From Nannocystales bacterium (lineage in GTDB: Bacteria; Myxococcota_A; Polyangia; Nannocystales; Nannocystaceae), in contig JBOEGF010000013.1 in the NCBI GenBank assembly GCA_050633305.1, positions 32,001 to 96,000 of the forward strand: 64,000 nucleotides of DNA, read 5' to 3'. This document shows, in pieces, positions 28,394 through 40,450 of the stretch. Each line of letters opens with the position of its first letter. Positions within the stretch are counted from its first letter, which is position 1. The notes under the pieces were generated by a model. The model worked only from the letters and a program-made list of their open reading frames with translations, made no database searches and was not told the DNA's origin. The position numbers were made by a program, and so were the translations under genes.

Positions 28394-29706
28394 AGCCTGG
28401 CGACACGATCACGGTTTGCGCGGAATCCCTCTCGCGTCACGGCGACGGCATCGCCCAGCACGAGGGTAGGGAGGTCCACGTTGCCGGCCTGCTCCCGGGC
28501 GAGACGGGAGACGTCAAGCTGGACTACGTCAGCCGGCAGCGCCTGCGCGCCCACGGCTCGGTCATCACGCGGCGCAACACCCACGCCGGCCGCCGTCCCG
28601 CGCCGTGCAAACACCACGGCCGCTGCAATGGATGCGCGGTCATGGAGATGGACGTCCCCGCTCAGCGCGAGCTCAAGGTCGGCGAGCTCAAGATGCACTA
28701 CGACCTCTGCGTCGATCGGGTCGTCTCGAGCGACGATGACGGTCTGCACTACCGCTGGTCCGCCAAACGTGTGTTCGCGGGCGAGGCGAGGTCCCTGGTG
28801 CTCGGCAGCTTCATGCGGGGCACGCACAACGTCGCCGACATGTCAGGCTGTCTCGTCGATCACCCCGACATCACCGCGGCCTGCGCAGAGCTCGTCGCCG
28901 TGGCCAACGACCTGGGCGCAGCGGCCTACGACGAACTCGACGAGAGCGGTGACCTCCGTTACGCGTGGCTCAAGACCGACGGCCGCGGCAACGTCCTCGT
29001 CGCGATCATCACCGCCGATCCGCTCGCCACGTTGGCGCACCGCATCGCCGAGCGGCTCGAGCTTCCGGCCGGTGTTGCCTGGGGCGTGCACTCGGGGCGT
29101 GGAAACGACATGCGGGGCGTCACCATCCGCCCTCTTCGCGGTCGCCAAACCCTCGCGATCGAGCTCTGCAACGAGCTGGTGCACGTCGGCCCACAGGGCT
29201 TCCTGCAGCCCAACCCCAAGACCGCCGCCCTCGCCTACCACGACCTGGTCCGCGTCCCCGCCGGCGGTTTTCCACACGGTCGTGTCGCACTTGACCTCTA
29301 CGCAGGAGCCGGCATCACGACCAAGCTCATGCGCGAACGCTTCGAGGTCGTCGTGCCGTGCGAGTCCTACCCCGAGAGCGCGCGAGCCCTCGGCATCAAG
29401 CCCGAGCTGGTCGAGGACTTCCTCGCGCCGATCCTCGCCGACCCGCATCACCCCCACCGCAAGCCCGACCTTGTCGTCGCCAACCCGCCCCGTGGGGGCT
29501 TGGGTGCGGACGTCTGCGGGCAGCTCAACACACTCAAGGCCCCGCGTCTGCACATCATGAGCTGCAGCCCCGCCTCCCTGCACGAGGACCTCCAGGTCCT
29601 GACCGGAAGCGACGGCGCGTACAACCTCATCCAGTGCCGCGCGTTCGACACTCTGCCCCAGACAGCCCACATCGAGCTCGTCGCCTGGCTTGTGGGTAAG
29701 GGCTGA
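28390..29706 (+). CDS. 23S rRNA m5U methyltransferase (RlmD/TrmA family, TRAM domain)
   Basis: C.H...C.GC FeS motif, FLQPN, LDLYAGAG, NPPRGGL, MSCSP, PQTAHIE. Confidence 0.9.
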   Translation: MKPGDTITVCAESLSRHGDGIAQHEGREVHVAGLLPGETGDVKLDYVSRQRLRAHGSVITRRNTHAGRRPAPCKHHGRCNGCAVMEMDVPAQRELKVGELKMHYDLCVDRVVSSDDDGLHYRWSAKRVFAGEARSLVLGSFMRGTHNVADMSGCLVDHPDITAACAELVAVANDLGAAAYDELDESGDLRYAWLKTDGRGNVLVAIITADPLATLAHRIAERLELPAGVAWGVHSGRGNDMRGVTIRPLRGRQTLAIELCNELVHVGPQGFLQPNPKTAALAYHDLVRVPAGGFPHGRVALDLYAGAGITTKLMRERFEVVVPCESYPESARALGIKPELVEDFLAPILADPHHPHRKPDLVVANPPRGGLGADVCGQLNTLKAPRLHIMSCSPASLHEDLQVLTGSDGAYNLIQCRAFDTLPQTAHIELVAWLVGKG

Positions 29707-30350
29707 TGGACGCCCAACGGTGGGCGGCCCCCTCCCCGCTGCCTGGGCCCTTCTTCACCGAACGGCTCGAGGTTCGGCGCTACGTGCTTGGGGATGCACC
29801 TGCGCTGTTCGAAGCCGTCGATCGAGACCGGAAGGCGCTGCTCCCATGGCTTCCCTGGGCCGCCTTTGCGCACCGAGACGAAGCGGACACCCTCGCGTTC
29901 CTGAGGGATTGTCGTCGCGGGTACGCCTCGGTCGACGCCCCCGACTTCGCGATGGGCGTGTTCCGCCGCTCCGACGGTGAGCTTGTCGGGGGAACGGGCC
30001 TTCACGATCCTGTTCCGCAAGGTCGTCAGGCCGAGATCGGATACTGGATCGCGGCCGCAGAGCGCGGGCAGGGCCTGTGCGGTGAAGCCGTTGCGGGGCT
30101 CATCAGCGCAGCCCTGGGGTCCGAAGATGATGGAGGCTGGGGCCTGCGACGCATCGTCATTCATTGCGCCGCCCTCAACATCCGCTCGGCCCGCGTCTGC
30201 GAAAAGCTGGGTCTGAGACGCGAAGCGGTCCATATCGCTGACCGATGGTTTGAGGGCTGCGATACGATCCCCGCGGGCTACATCGACAGCCATACATATG
30301 CCGTGTTGGCGAACGAGTGGGATGTCGTCCGGGGTCATCCCCGAGATTGA
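29706..30350 (+). CDS. GNAT N-acetyltransferase (RimJ/RimL family)
   Basis: EIGYW, RGQGL, N.RSARVCEKLG. Confidence 0.9.
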   Translation: MDAQRWAAPSPLPGPFFTERLEVRRYVLGDAPALFEAVDRDRKALLPWLPWAAFAHRDEADTLAFLRDCRRGYASVDAPDFAMGVFRRSDGELVGGTGLHDPVPQGRQAEIGYWIAAAERGQGLCGEAVAGLISAALGSEDDGGWGLRRIVIHCAALNIRSARVCEKLGLRREAVHIADRWFEGCDTIPAGYIDSHTYAVLANEWDVVRGHPRD

Positions 30351-30480
30351 GTTCGTCTTCGTACCTCCGACGGTAGTTGTCGGGGTCGCCCGATCGTTCC
30401 CAGATTTCTTCGGGAGCAAACTCCAGCGAGGACGGACGACGAGTCCGTGCGCACTTCGGAATCCCAGCTACGCTCCACGA

Positions 30481-31254
30481 ATGAGATTAATGACTTGGAG
30501 ACGTCGTTGCGCCATCTGCCTGATGGCGACCCTCCCGATGATCGGGGGTTGCGACGAAGAAAAGCAGGACAGCCCCATCTGCCCCGACGATGGAAGCTGC
30601 GAGGATCCGAGCGTCGACGATGATCCGCGCGGATGCGGCGAGCAAACGATCACCGTGCTCACCGACCTGTCCGTCGTCCCCGCAGGCTTCGAGCGAAGCG
30701 CCGCGGACATCCTGGGCTCAATCGAGGCGAGCTACGCAGGCGAGCTGACCTGGCGGCCAAACGACGGACCGATCAGCGTTGCCCACGCGGAGACGAGCTC
30801 TGCGCTCTCGCTCACGGTGACGCACGACGGCGGCGAAGTCCGGCTCGTCGAGGTGGAACTGGCCGGGCAGTACCCCAACGGACAAGAAGGAGGCGCGCCC
30901 TGTTCGAATCATCTGGAGATCGACACCGCCATCTCGTTTTCAACCGAAGACGGCCTTTTCGCGGAGACGTGGGATGCGACGGTCCGGAAGATCGCGGCCG
31001 AACACGAGTTTTCCGAAGACGGAACGCCGTCGCTCTACCGTTCGATCGACTTCGCGGCCCACGAAGGAACGCTGGCGACCTCGGACTTTGCCTTTGAGGG
31101 CGCACAACTCCAAGACGTGATCGTCACCGCCGGCTTCGGCGAAGACGAAGTCACAGGATCGCTGCTCATGGAAGTCCGCTCCGGCGACGACGAAACCGGC
31201 TGGATCGGGGCCGGAGACGTGGCCTCCTTCTCCGCAACCCCGCTCGCGGAGTAG
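30481..31254 (+). CDS. Hypothetical myxobacterial lipoprotein
   Basis: PMIGGC lipobox; acidic beta-rich domain. Confidence 0.75.
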   Translation: MRLMTWRRRCAICLMATLPMIGGCDEEKQDSPICPDDGSCEDPSVDDDPRGCGEQTITVLTDLSVVPAGFERSAADILGSIEASYAGELTWRPNDGPISVAHAETSSALSLTVTHDGGEVRLVEVELAGQYPNGQEGGAPCSNHLEIDTAISFSTEDGLFAETWDATVRKIAAEHEFSEDGTPSLYRSIDFAAHEGTLATSDFAFEGAQLQDVIVTAGFGEDEVTGSLLMEVRSGDDETGWIGAGDVASFSATPLAE

Positions 31255-31270
31255 GGCCCGGGCCCGCGCG

Positions 31271-31819
31271 TCAAAACGGCCGCTGTCCGACGAAGTTGCC
31301 CGGAGGGTCGTAGTTGCACACCCACACCTGGGCTGTGCCACACGACGCCATCGCGCAGCCGACGTTGCGAGAGTCGGCCCAGACCACCTGCGTATAGTGA
31401 CCGCACACCTCCCCTCGCGCGCACCTATTCTTGCGCGCGTTGTAGTGCGCCGCCTCGTCGGTCCACGACCCCACCACCGCCTGTGGGCTCTGCGGAGCGC
31501 TGCTCCAATACAGGTTCTCACCATAGGGACCGCCGGTGCTGTGTTCGAGGTCGCAGCCACGAGAGGCAAGCTCGCCCGCCCAAGCCTCCGCCGTCGCGGC
31601 CACGGTGCTGGACCATGCGAGCGGCGGCGCACCGACGGCAGCCCGAGCTTCGTTGTGCACGCGGACCAGGTTCCGCACTTCATCCTGGGACAGGCTCGCG
31701 GAGGTTGTCGTTCCGGTTGCACTGGGGTCCGCCGCTCGGGGCACCGTGGCTCCTGGACCGCTCGGCTCAGAGACCGAGCCCGAACAGGCAAGCGTCGGGG
31801 CAACAGAACACACGAACAT
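31271..31819 (-). CDS. CAP/SCP (PR-1-like) domain lipoprotein
   Basis: HNEARA, YGENL, CGHYTQVVW, VCNYDPPGN. Confidence 0.93.
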   Translation of the reverse strand: MFVCSVAPTLACSGSVSEPSGPGATVPRAADPSATGTTTSASLSQDEVRNLVRVHNEARAAVGAPPLAWSSTVAATAEAWAGELASRGCDLEHSTGGPYGENLYWSSAPQSPQAVVGSWTDEAAHYNARKNRCARGEVCGHYTQVVWADSRNVGCAMASCGTAQVWVCNYDPPGNFVGQRPF

Positions 31820-31998
31820 GAAAGAGAGGATTCGGCCCACCGGACCCTCAGTGTGTCCGAAACCGAGGCCGAGACCCCAACGAAACGACACACCACACCC
31901 ACACGAATCGGCGCAATCGCGCGGTTTTCTACGGGCTCGCCGCTCACGATGCGGTCGCCGTGCGCCGGCGCCAGGGGCGAGCTATGCTTCGAAACGCG

Positions 31999-32322
31999 AT
32001 GAGCGAAGCCGAAGAGACCCCGTCCGACGACGCCGAAACCACGGAGCCCAAAGCCAAGAAAGAACTCCTGGGACAGCTCGAAGACGGCCTCGGTGAACTC
32101 AAGACGATGGCCGGAGACCTGGGCGAGCGCCTCTCGGGAGCCGCCACCGAAGTCTCTGCCGAGGCTAAGGAGACTTGGCAGAAGATGGAGCCGGGGGTGA
32201 AAGAGAAGCTCAAGACCGCAGAACAGACGCTCGAGCAGGTCACCGACACGGCGGCCGAGCAACTCAAGGGTCTGTTTGGCGAACTCAAGTCTTCGATGCA
32301 GTCCCTCAAGGACAAGCTCTGA
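31999..32322 (+). CDS. Small amphipathic helical protein
   Basis: Glu/Lys-rich amphipathic helices; high GC3 codon usage. Confidence 0.7.
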   Translation: MSEAEETPSDDAETTEPKAKKELLGQLEDGLGELKTMAGDLGERLSGAATEVSAEAKETWQKMEPGVKEKLKTAEQTLEQVTDTAAEQLKGLFGELKSSMQSLKDKL

Positions 32323-33551
32323 GCCTCGCGCTCTCCACACACGAGGTCCTCAGCGCCGCCGAGCGCGAGCACTACGCAGCCGAACGACGGCGCGACCGAG
32401 GCCTGCTGGGTCGGCGTCGCGGGCTCATTGGATTCTTCGTCACCCTCTTCACTCTCACCGCGGTGCTCAGCCTGCTCGATGGCGGCAAGGTCGTGGCGGG
32501 ATTCTCTCTGGCTGCGGTCTTGCTGATCGCCGAGGTTATCCTCGCCGTCGTCCATCGGACCAAGCCTCAGCGGCAACCCACGGTCGATATCCTGGAGGGC
32601 ACGGTGGAGTTCGTCGCCTTCGAGGATGACGAAGAGCCTCGCCAGTCGGAAGCCCCCCACGCGCGATGGTTCGTCGGCGAGCAGCGACTTCATGTGCCGC
32701 CGCACTGGCAGCATCTCCTGGCCCATGGCGAGCGTGTCCGCGTTCGCATCGCTCGACCGCCCGGTGAGCGCCTCGCGTTCGTCTTGGGCATCGATGGCAG
32801 GGCCAACGTCGACTTCGAACGCTCGCGAGGCTTGCCGCCCGCACCCGCCGAGCAGCCCGTCCTCCTGCTGCTCGCGCTCACCACGGGGCTCATCGTCGTT
32901 CCCGGGCTGCTCATCGGAGCGGCCCAGTTCGCGTTTGGTGACTCCAAGCCCGCCGAAGGTCTCGCGGCACTGTCGGCCGTCGCCGCAGGCGAGCACATCG
33001 GGACCCTGGCGGAGGTCGAGCGTGTGGGTTTGCCCGAGCAGGGCACAGTCACAATCCGAGACGCGACGGTTCTGCCCCGGGAGTGGGTCGTCGATCCCCC
33101 GGCGGAGGCCGCCTGGGCCGTGCTCAGTTCGGAGGGCCGGGATCGGCTCACCACGATGCTCGAAACGAAACACGGGAGAAAGGCGGGCGGCATCCCCAAG
33201 CCGGACGAGGAATCCGAGCCGGTCGCACTTGGCCCCGCGGACATCCTTCTGTGGCGCCGCGCAGAGCTCCACGAAACCCGCAGCCCCACCGGGCGACCCG
33301 GAGACCAAGTTCTGGTGTGGCTGGGCCGCCACAAACCGCTCGAGCTTGTCCGGACGCAGACCGACCCGGGCGCGCCACCGCTCGTCCGAGCCCGCGAGCA
33401 GGCCGAGAACCTTGCGTTCGCGACCGGCTCCCTTCTCCTCGCCATGTGTGTCTTTCCGGTGTTTCTGCTTACATTCGGGGCCATCGTGTGGGCTCGTTCC
33501 GCACGAGCGCGGTTTCGGGCTCGAGCATTGCGGACCTACGGAGTCACCTAG
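32319..33551 (+). CDS. Hypothetical membrane protein
   Basis: About 4 TM segments; start uncertain. Confidence 0.65.
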   Translation: MSLALSTHEVLSAAEREHYAAERRRDRGLLGRRRGLIGFFVTLFTLTAVLSLLDGGKVVAGFSLAAVLLIAEVILAVVHRTKPQRQPTVDILEGTVEFVAFEDDEEPRQSEAPHARWFVGEQRLHVPPHWQHLLAHGERVRVRIARPPGERLAFVLGIDGRANVDFERSRGLPPAPAEQPVLLLLALTTGLIVVPGLLIGAAQFAFGDSKPAEGLAALSAVAAGEHIGTLAEVERVGLPEQGTVTIRDATVLPREWVVDPPAEAAWAVLSSEGRDRLTTMLETKHGRKAGGIPKPDEESEPVALGPADILLWRRAELHETRSPTGRPGDQVLVWLGRHKPLELVRTQTDPGAPPLVRAREQAENLAFATGSLLLAMCVFPVFLLTFGAIVWARSARARFRARALRTYGVT

Positions 33552-33614
33552 CTTCACCTAGGTGGTTGCGTACCGCGGCACGTCCGACGAAGATTGCGCC
33601 GAGGCCGAACCGAC

Positions 33615-34022
33615 GTGACGAACCCGCAGAACTACATCACCGAGGACACCACCATCAAAGGCAGCATCACCACTGCCTCGTCACTCACGATCGCGGGGGC
33701 GATTGAGGGCGACGTCAACGCCGGTGGCGAGATCACGGTGTTGGACGATGCGCTCATCAAGGGCGATGTCTCCGGGCCCAACGTCAAGATCCTTGGCAAG
33801 GTTGAAGGCCGCGTGAGCGCGACGGGCCGTCTCGAGATCTCATCCTCGGGACAGGTCATCGGCGACATCTCGGTCCGCGCACTTCACATCGAAGAAGGCG
33901 GCACCCTCGAGGGCGAATGCAAGATGGGGGGCAGCGCGAAGGCGCCTCGACCGACTGCCGCCGCTCCTGCCGGGACACCGCGCCCGGCCGCATCCAGCCT
34001 GCCCCCTCCGGGCGGCGCCTGA
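33615..34022 (+). CDS. Bactofilin (polymer-forming cytoskeletal protein)
   Basis: I...TTIKGSI....LTIAG.IEGDV, G.V.GDI....L.IEEGGTLEG.C.M. Confidence 0.9.
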   Translation: MTNPQNYITEDTTIKGSITTASSLTIAGAIEGDVNAGGEITVLDDALIKGDVSGPNVKILGKVEGRVSATGRLEISSSGQVIGDISVRALHIEEGGTLEGECKMGGSAKAPRPTAAAPAGTPRPAASSLPPPGGA

Positions 34023-34486
34023 TCGCCGAAGCACCGAGCCCTGTTCGCAGGGCACGGTGCGTTCCCGTCGAACAAAGACACTGAGACCGCGACATCCGCT
34101 CGCGGTTCAGTCACGTGTGCGATGCGAGCGATCCCATGGCGGGCCCTCATCCGTCCCGAGTCCACGACATCAGCGCCGACATCTCCAGAACCTCAGTGGG
34201 CCAGGCGATGCGCGGCACGTCGCACTCCGTCGACCCGAGAGAGCTCTCACGCGTGCGGATGCGCTGTGCTGAGCCTGCACGACGACCGCGATGTCCGAAA
34301 CAAATTCGGGCGGCGTTGGTTCGCACGCGCGCGGCTTCAGCTCTTCAACCAGCGCGTTTACACGGGGACGCCTGAGGACATGTTCCGTGCTCTACCCACC
34401 GTGCGACGACGCACGATGCGTCGCACGGGGTCCACCCGGTTTGCACACGTTTTCAGCTGGGGCGTTTCGGCTAGCATTTTCGACGA

Positions 34487-36163
34487 ATGGGATCCTCATC
34501 GAACACGGACGTGAACGTTGACTTCGAGGTCGATCCGGCGTCGTACCGACACTGGAAAGTCTCGTACGACGGGGCGATCGCCCGCGTCGCAATGGATGTC
34601 GATCCGAACGGCGGCCTTCGAAGTGACTACGAGCTCAAGCTCAACTCGTACGACCTCGGTGTCGACGTTGAGCTGGCCGACATCGTTCGCCGGATGCGGT
34701 TTGAGCACCCCGAAGTACGCGTGGTCGTGATGACCTCCGCCAACGAGAAGGTGTTCTGCGCTGGCGCCAACATCCACATGCTCGGCACCAGCACCCACGG
34801 GTGGAAGGTGAACTTCTGCAAGTTCACCAACGAGACTCGGTGCGAGATCGAAGAAGCCACCGAAGCCAGCGCCCAGGTCTACATCGCCGCGTGCAACGGA
34901 ACGACGGCTGGAGGGGGCTACGAGCTCGCGCTGGCCTGCAAGGAGATCTACCTGCAGGACGACGGCAACTCGGCGGTCAGCCTGCCTGAGGTACCGCTGC
35001 TCGGCGTCTTGCCCGGCACCGGTGGCCTCACCCGCTTGGTCGACAAACGCCGCATCCGTCGCGACCGCGCGGACGTCTTCTCCACGATGGCAGAAGGCAT
35101 GCGAGGCAAGCGTGCCGTCCAGTGGAACCTGGTCGACGACGTGTTCCCGCGCTCCAAGTTCGATACGAAGATCGCCGCGCGCTGCGAAACGATCATCTCC
35201 GAAACGACTGACCTCGCCACCGGCACGCGCGAAGGCGTGAAGCTCGGCAAGCTCGCAGTCGAAGAGACCGACTCAGGCCGCAAATACTCCAGCGTCGAGG
35301 TCACGTGGGACGACAAGGCTCGCACCGCAACGCTGACCATCGAAGGCCCTACCGCCGAGGACGTCGCGCTCGCCGAGCGTGGAGCCGAAGCGATGCACGG
35401 CGCCGGTGACCAGCTGTGGGCGCTCCGTGCCTATCGCGAGTTCGACGACGCGCTGCTGCAGCTGCGTTGCAACCACCCCAACGTCGGGATGATCGTCGTG
35501 CGCGCCAAAGGTGACGCGCAGCGCGTGGTCGCCCATGACGCCGCGCTCGTGAAGACCCGGGACCACTGGTTCGTCCGCGAAGTGCTCCTGCACATGGGCC
35601 GCGTGCTCCGCCGCATGGACAACACCAGCCGCTCGTTCTTCGCCCTTGGCGATGCCGGCACCGCGTTCGCAGGAAACCTCTTGGAGCTCGCTCTTGCGGC
35701 CGACAGGTTCTATTTGTTGGACGACCCGGACAACGTCGTTCACGTCGGTATGGGCGACCTCAACGAAGGTGCACTTCCGATGAACACCGGCCTCACGCGG
35801 ATCCAAGCGCGCTTGTACGGCGAACCCGACAAGGCCGAAGCCCTCACCGGGCGCCGCGACCTCCTCGAGCCCGAAGATGCCGACGAGGCCGGACTCACCA
35901 CGATGTTGCTCGACGACATCGACTGGGACGACGACATCCGAATCGCAATCGAGGAGCGCGTCAGCCTCAGCCCCGACGCACTCACGGGCATGGAGCAGAA
36001 CCTCCGCTTCGTCGGCCCCGAAACGCCCGACTCCAAGATCTACGCCCGACTCAGCGCGTGGCAGAACTGGATCTTCATCCGCCCCAACGCCACCGGCCCC
36101 GAGGGCGCACTCACGATGTACGGCCGTCCCGAACGCCCCGCCTTCGACTGGCGCCGCGTCTAA
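34487..36163 (+). CDS. boxC: 2,3-epoxybenzoyl-CoA dihydrolase
   Basis: YELKLNSYDLGVDVELAD, KVNFCKFTNETR, LPEVPLLGVLPGTGGLTRL, RLSAWQNWIF.RPNA, FDWRRV. Confidence 0.95.
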   Translation: MGSSSNTDVNVDFEVDPASYRHWKVSYDGAIARVAMDVDPNGGLRSDYELKLNSYDLGVDVELADIVRRMRFEHPEVRVVVMTSANEKVFCAGANIHMLGTSTHGWKVNFCKFTNETRCEIEEATEASAQVYIAACNGTTAGGGYELALACKEIYLQDDGNSAVSLPEVPLLGVLPGTGGLTRLVDKRRIRRDRADVFSTMAEGMRGKRAVQWNLVDDVFPRSKFDTKIAARCETIISETTDLATGTREGVKLGKLAVEETDSGRKYSSVEVTWDDKARTATLTIEGPTAEDVALAERGAEAMHGAGDQLWALRAYREFDDALLQLRCNHPNVGMIVVRAKGDAQRVVAHDAALVKTRDHWFVREVLLHMGRVLRRMDNTSRSFFALGDAGTAFAGNLLELALAADRFYLLDDPDNVVHVGMGDLNEGALPMNTGLTRIQARLYGEPDKAEALTGRRDLLEPEDADEAGLTTMLLDDIDWDDDIRIAIEERVSLSPDALTGMEQNLRFVGPETPDSKIYARLSAWQNWIFIRPNATGPEGALTMYGRPERPAFDWRRV

Positions 36164-36187
36164 CTCAACACTTCTGGAGCACTCGCA

Positions 36188-37621
<1,434 letters not shown>

Positions 37622-37951
37622 AACGCGCTCGTTGCTCCGAAGCCCGCCCCGGTGTGTGCCGCGGCGGGCGTTGTCGTGAGCTCGGTCTCCGCATAGACGA
37701 GCGACGCAGCGGCGGGAGTTCAGGCAAAATGAAGTGCGAAAAAACCCAGCCGTGCCGCCCCGTAGAGCCGTTCGCGAACACCGCCGAGTGACCCGCAGCG
37801 CACCCGCTGAGATGGCACGGTCCCGAAGCGGATTCGCATGCCGCGGCGGGGCCCACGGGCGGATGCGCGGGCCCGCCCCGGGACCACTTGGGACCGGCCC
37901 AAGCGCCTGAAACCGCGGTCCTCTGGTGAAGAACCGTGACAGAATACAAAG

Positions 37952-38527
37952 ATGGGAGCGGGCCGACTCATCAAGGGCATCGATCTCGTCGGGCTCGTGA
38001 AGTCGCTGCGGGTTGCTCGTAGCGACAACCGCCTCCAGGGATTGGATCCCTCAGACCTGGAGCTCATCGATCAGCGGGTGCTCCTGTCCAACTGGTACCC
38101 GCTCGACCACTTTCGACGAGTGCTCCTCCTCAACCATCGGCACATCCAAGGCGGTACGAACGAGGCCGCCCGCGCCATGGGCGAGTTCGGTGCCAAGACG
38201 GCACTAGAGGGCGCTCACAGCGTCTTCCTACACCCAGGCGATCCCCTTCAAACCCTCCGCGGCATGGCCACGATCTGGTCCGCCCACTTCAACTTCGGGG
38301 AGATCAACGTGCACGTCGATGGCAACACGGTGCGGGTCGTCGTGCAGGGATACGACGACATGGAAGTGTTGCACGGGACGCTGCTGTTCGGGTGGATCAC
38401 CAAGGCGGCCGAGCTCGCGGGTGCCCAGATCGAGACCTCCAAGATCGAAGAGTCTCCGTGGCACGGTGCCGACTGCCTCGTGGTCATGATGCGGCTGGGA
38501 TCCCTCGAACCCACCCGTCCTTCGTGA
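37952..38527 (+). CDS. Myxobacterial DUF2378/TIGR02265-like protein
   Basis: IKG N-terminus, LLSNWYP, MGEFGA, W..HFNFG, GW....ELAG. Confidence 0.6.
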   Translation: MGAGRLIKGIDLVGLVKSLRVARSDNRLQGLDPSDLELIDQRVLLSNWYPLDHFRRVLLLNHRHIQGGTNEAARAMGEFGAKTALEGAHSVFLHPGDPLQTLRGMATIWSAHFNFGEINVHVDGNTVRVVVQGYDDMEVLHGTLLFGWITKAAELAGAQIETSKIEESPWHGADCLVVMMRLGSLEPTRPS

Positions 38528-38623
38528 CCGCCCACGGCGAAGCCCTCGGCCGGAGTCGACGGAGGGCTCGAGTCTGAACGAAACCGGAGGACCGTCGGTA
38601 CCCCAACGGCGCACGCGAGGCGG

Positions 38624-38940
38624 TCGTTCAAAGACCCGCGGCAGGACGCGTTTACAGCCCTCCCCCCTGAGCGCGCGACCTCCTGTGCCACCAGGTACTG
38701 CATGGGCTCAACATCGACCAAGTCGGTGCCCTGCATCCCGAGCACCGAACCACAGCGTTCCGCTTGGATCGAGAACGCACGCAAAGCCCTGCTACGGGAA
38801 ACTCGTAAGGCGCTGATGAATCGCTTGCGGGTCGGCAGCGGAGAGTTCTCAGCATCATGCGGGTGGCGGGCGGTGACCTCGATATCAGTGTGCGGCGCCT
38901 TCTGGCCAGCGAGGTCGAAGAAGAGCCGGGCCAGGGCTGA
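38624..38940 (+). pseudogene. Frameshifted C-terminal relic of a Myxococcales-type ECF sigma factor
   Basis: Across frames: SFKD..QDAFTAL / RDLL..QVLHGLNIDQVGAL...HRTTAFR / WIENARKALLRETRKALMNRLRV / SIMR....LDISVRRLL, colinear with the 16613-17506 product. Confidence 0.75.
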
Positions 38941-38941
38941 G

Positions 38942-39313
38942 TCAGCTCCGACGCTCGGCTAGCACGAACCCGGTTACGAAAGCGACCTCGCCCGCAACAG
39001 CGACGAAGATGCCCGAGCCGACATTGCCCGAGATGAACTCCGCCGTGCCCAAGACGGCGAGCGCCAGCAGGGCGACCACCATGCCGCGTGTGACTGCGGT
39101 ACGACCCGGTGAGTGCTCAGCGTGGCGAGACGACCACGCCATCGTCGCCATTCCGAGAAACAGCATCGCCGCGCGTCGCCCCAGAATAATCGTTGAGGCG
39201 TGGCCTTCGATGTCCAGCAGATCGAAGATGGAGTCCGGCGTGAACAGCAGCTCGAGGCACAGGATGGTGAAGAGCACTGCTGCGGCAGAGCTGACGATAC
39301 GGTAGCTGTGCAT
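38942..39313 (-). CDS. Small membrane protein (4 TM)
   Basis: Four hydrophobic helices; RRAAMLFLG; GGAG RBS. Confidence 0.75.
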   Translation of the reverse strand: MHSYRIVSSAAAVLFTILCLELLFTPDSIFDLLDIEGHASTIILGRRAAMLFLGMATMAWSSRHAEHSPGRTAVTRGMVVALLALAVLGTAEFISGNVGSGIFVAVAGEVAFVTGFVLAERRS

Positions 39314-39407
39314 TCTCCTTGGGTTCCCACGCGGACCCTACCGCCGCGAGGGAGGCTGGCAAGAGCGGCCTACTCGACGGGCGGAGCCAAGCTCACGGTG
39401 CCCGCGC

Positions 39408-40319
39408 TCAGCTCGAGGCAGCGCCTTTTGAGCACCGTCCCTCGAGCTGCGGAGAACCGCGCTCGAGCGCGGCTCGCACGTGTTCATAGAACGCCCGTAC
39501 ACGTGGTGTCGAGCGATGGTCGGGATGCCGAAGGACGTACACCGCGGTGGCTTCGAGCGGCTCACTGATCCGGCATAGACGCCCCTGCGGATCCGCGAGG
39601 AAACACGGTAAGGCGGCCAGCCCCAGACCCTGGGCCGTCGCCTCGAGCTGAGTCGGAATCCCTCCAAGTCGCCCATGGACCGGCACCTCGGGAAAGCGCT
39701 CGTCCTTGAGCGCGGTCGGGTACGGACCGTTCTCGTCCCACCCGACCCAACGACACTCCGCAGGTTTTCCCTCAGGGTCGTGCGACGCGAGGTAGTCGTG
39801 GGACGCGTACACAGCATAAGCGAACCCCGATACCCGACGCGCGATCGTGTCGCCGTCGGGAACGGTGGTCACCCGGATGGCGACGTCTGCCTGGTTCATC
39901 GACAGGTTCACCACTTCCGGGGACAGGTCGAGGAGAACCTCGATCTCCGGATGCGTGGCACAGAAGCTCGCGATCGCGGGAACGAGAAATGCCGTGCCGA
40001 GTACGGCGTGGGTCGACACCCTCACCCGACCGGACAGCGGTAGGTCGACACCGGTGATCCTACGCTCCACCGACAGCAACTCGCGCTTGATTGCCCCGGT
40101 CGCGCGCTGCAATTCATCGCCAGCCTCGGTCAGCTTGACCCCATCTGCGCCACGTACGACCAACTTCACCGCGAGTGCCACCTCGAGGTTCGCAAGCCTG
40201 CGCGAGACCGTTGCATGGTCAACTTGAAGTGTCCGTGCGGCTGCCCGAAGACTCCCCGACTCGGCCACCACGCAGAAGAAACGGTAGTCGTCCCAGCTGA
40301 CTTCGAGTGCTCCCGCCAC
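39408..40319 (-). CDS. LysR family transcriptional regulator
   Basis: WDDYR..GSLRAAARTLQVDHATVSRRL..LE; ADVAIR; PRVRAF. Confidence 0.92.
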   Translation of the reverse strand: MAGALEVSWDDYRFFCVVAESGSLRAAARTLQVDHATVSRRLANLEVALAVKLVVRGADGVKLTEAGDELQRATGAIKRELLSVERRITGVDLPLSGRVRVSTHAVLGTAFLVPAIASFCATHPEIEVLLDLSPEVVNLSMNQADVAIRVTTVPDGDTIARRVSGFAYAVYASHDYLASHDPEGKPAECRWVGWDENGPYPTALKDERFPEVPVHGRLGGIPTQLEATAQGLGLAALPCFLADPQGRLCRISEPLEATAVYVLRHPDHRSTPRVRAFYEHVRAALERGSPQLEGRCSKGAASS

Positions 40320-40369
40320 GTGTCGGTCTTAGCCCGGTCACCGTGGCCTGTCGAATCGCGGGCGCAGTG

Positions 40370-40396
40370 GTGCACTGGTGCACCGGGCCGGTGCAC
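40370..40396. promoter_or_regulatory. Probable operator in the LysR divergon
   Basis: Three GTGCAC sites; GTGCACCGG-G-CCGGTGCAC perfect inverted repeat. Confidence 0.4.
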
Positions 40397-40450
40397 TCCC
40401 TCGCCTTCCGCTCTCCTTGGCCCGCCCCTACCTTGAGCGAACGGGACAGC

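Noticed and set aside
34022..34486. Possible boxA/boxR remnant upstream of boxC
   Set aside because: No ferredoxin Cys motif, HTH or shikimate-kinase motif visible in the listed frames.
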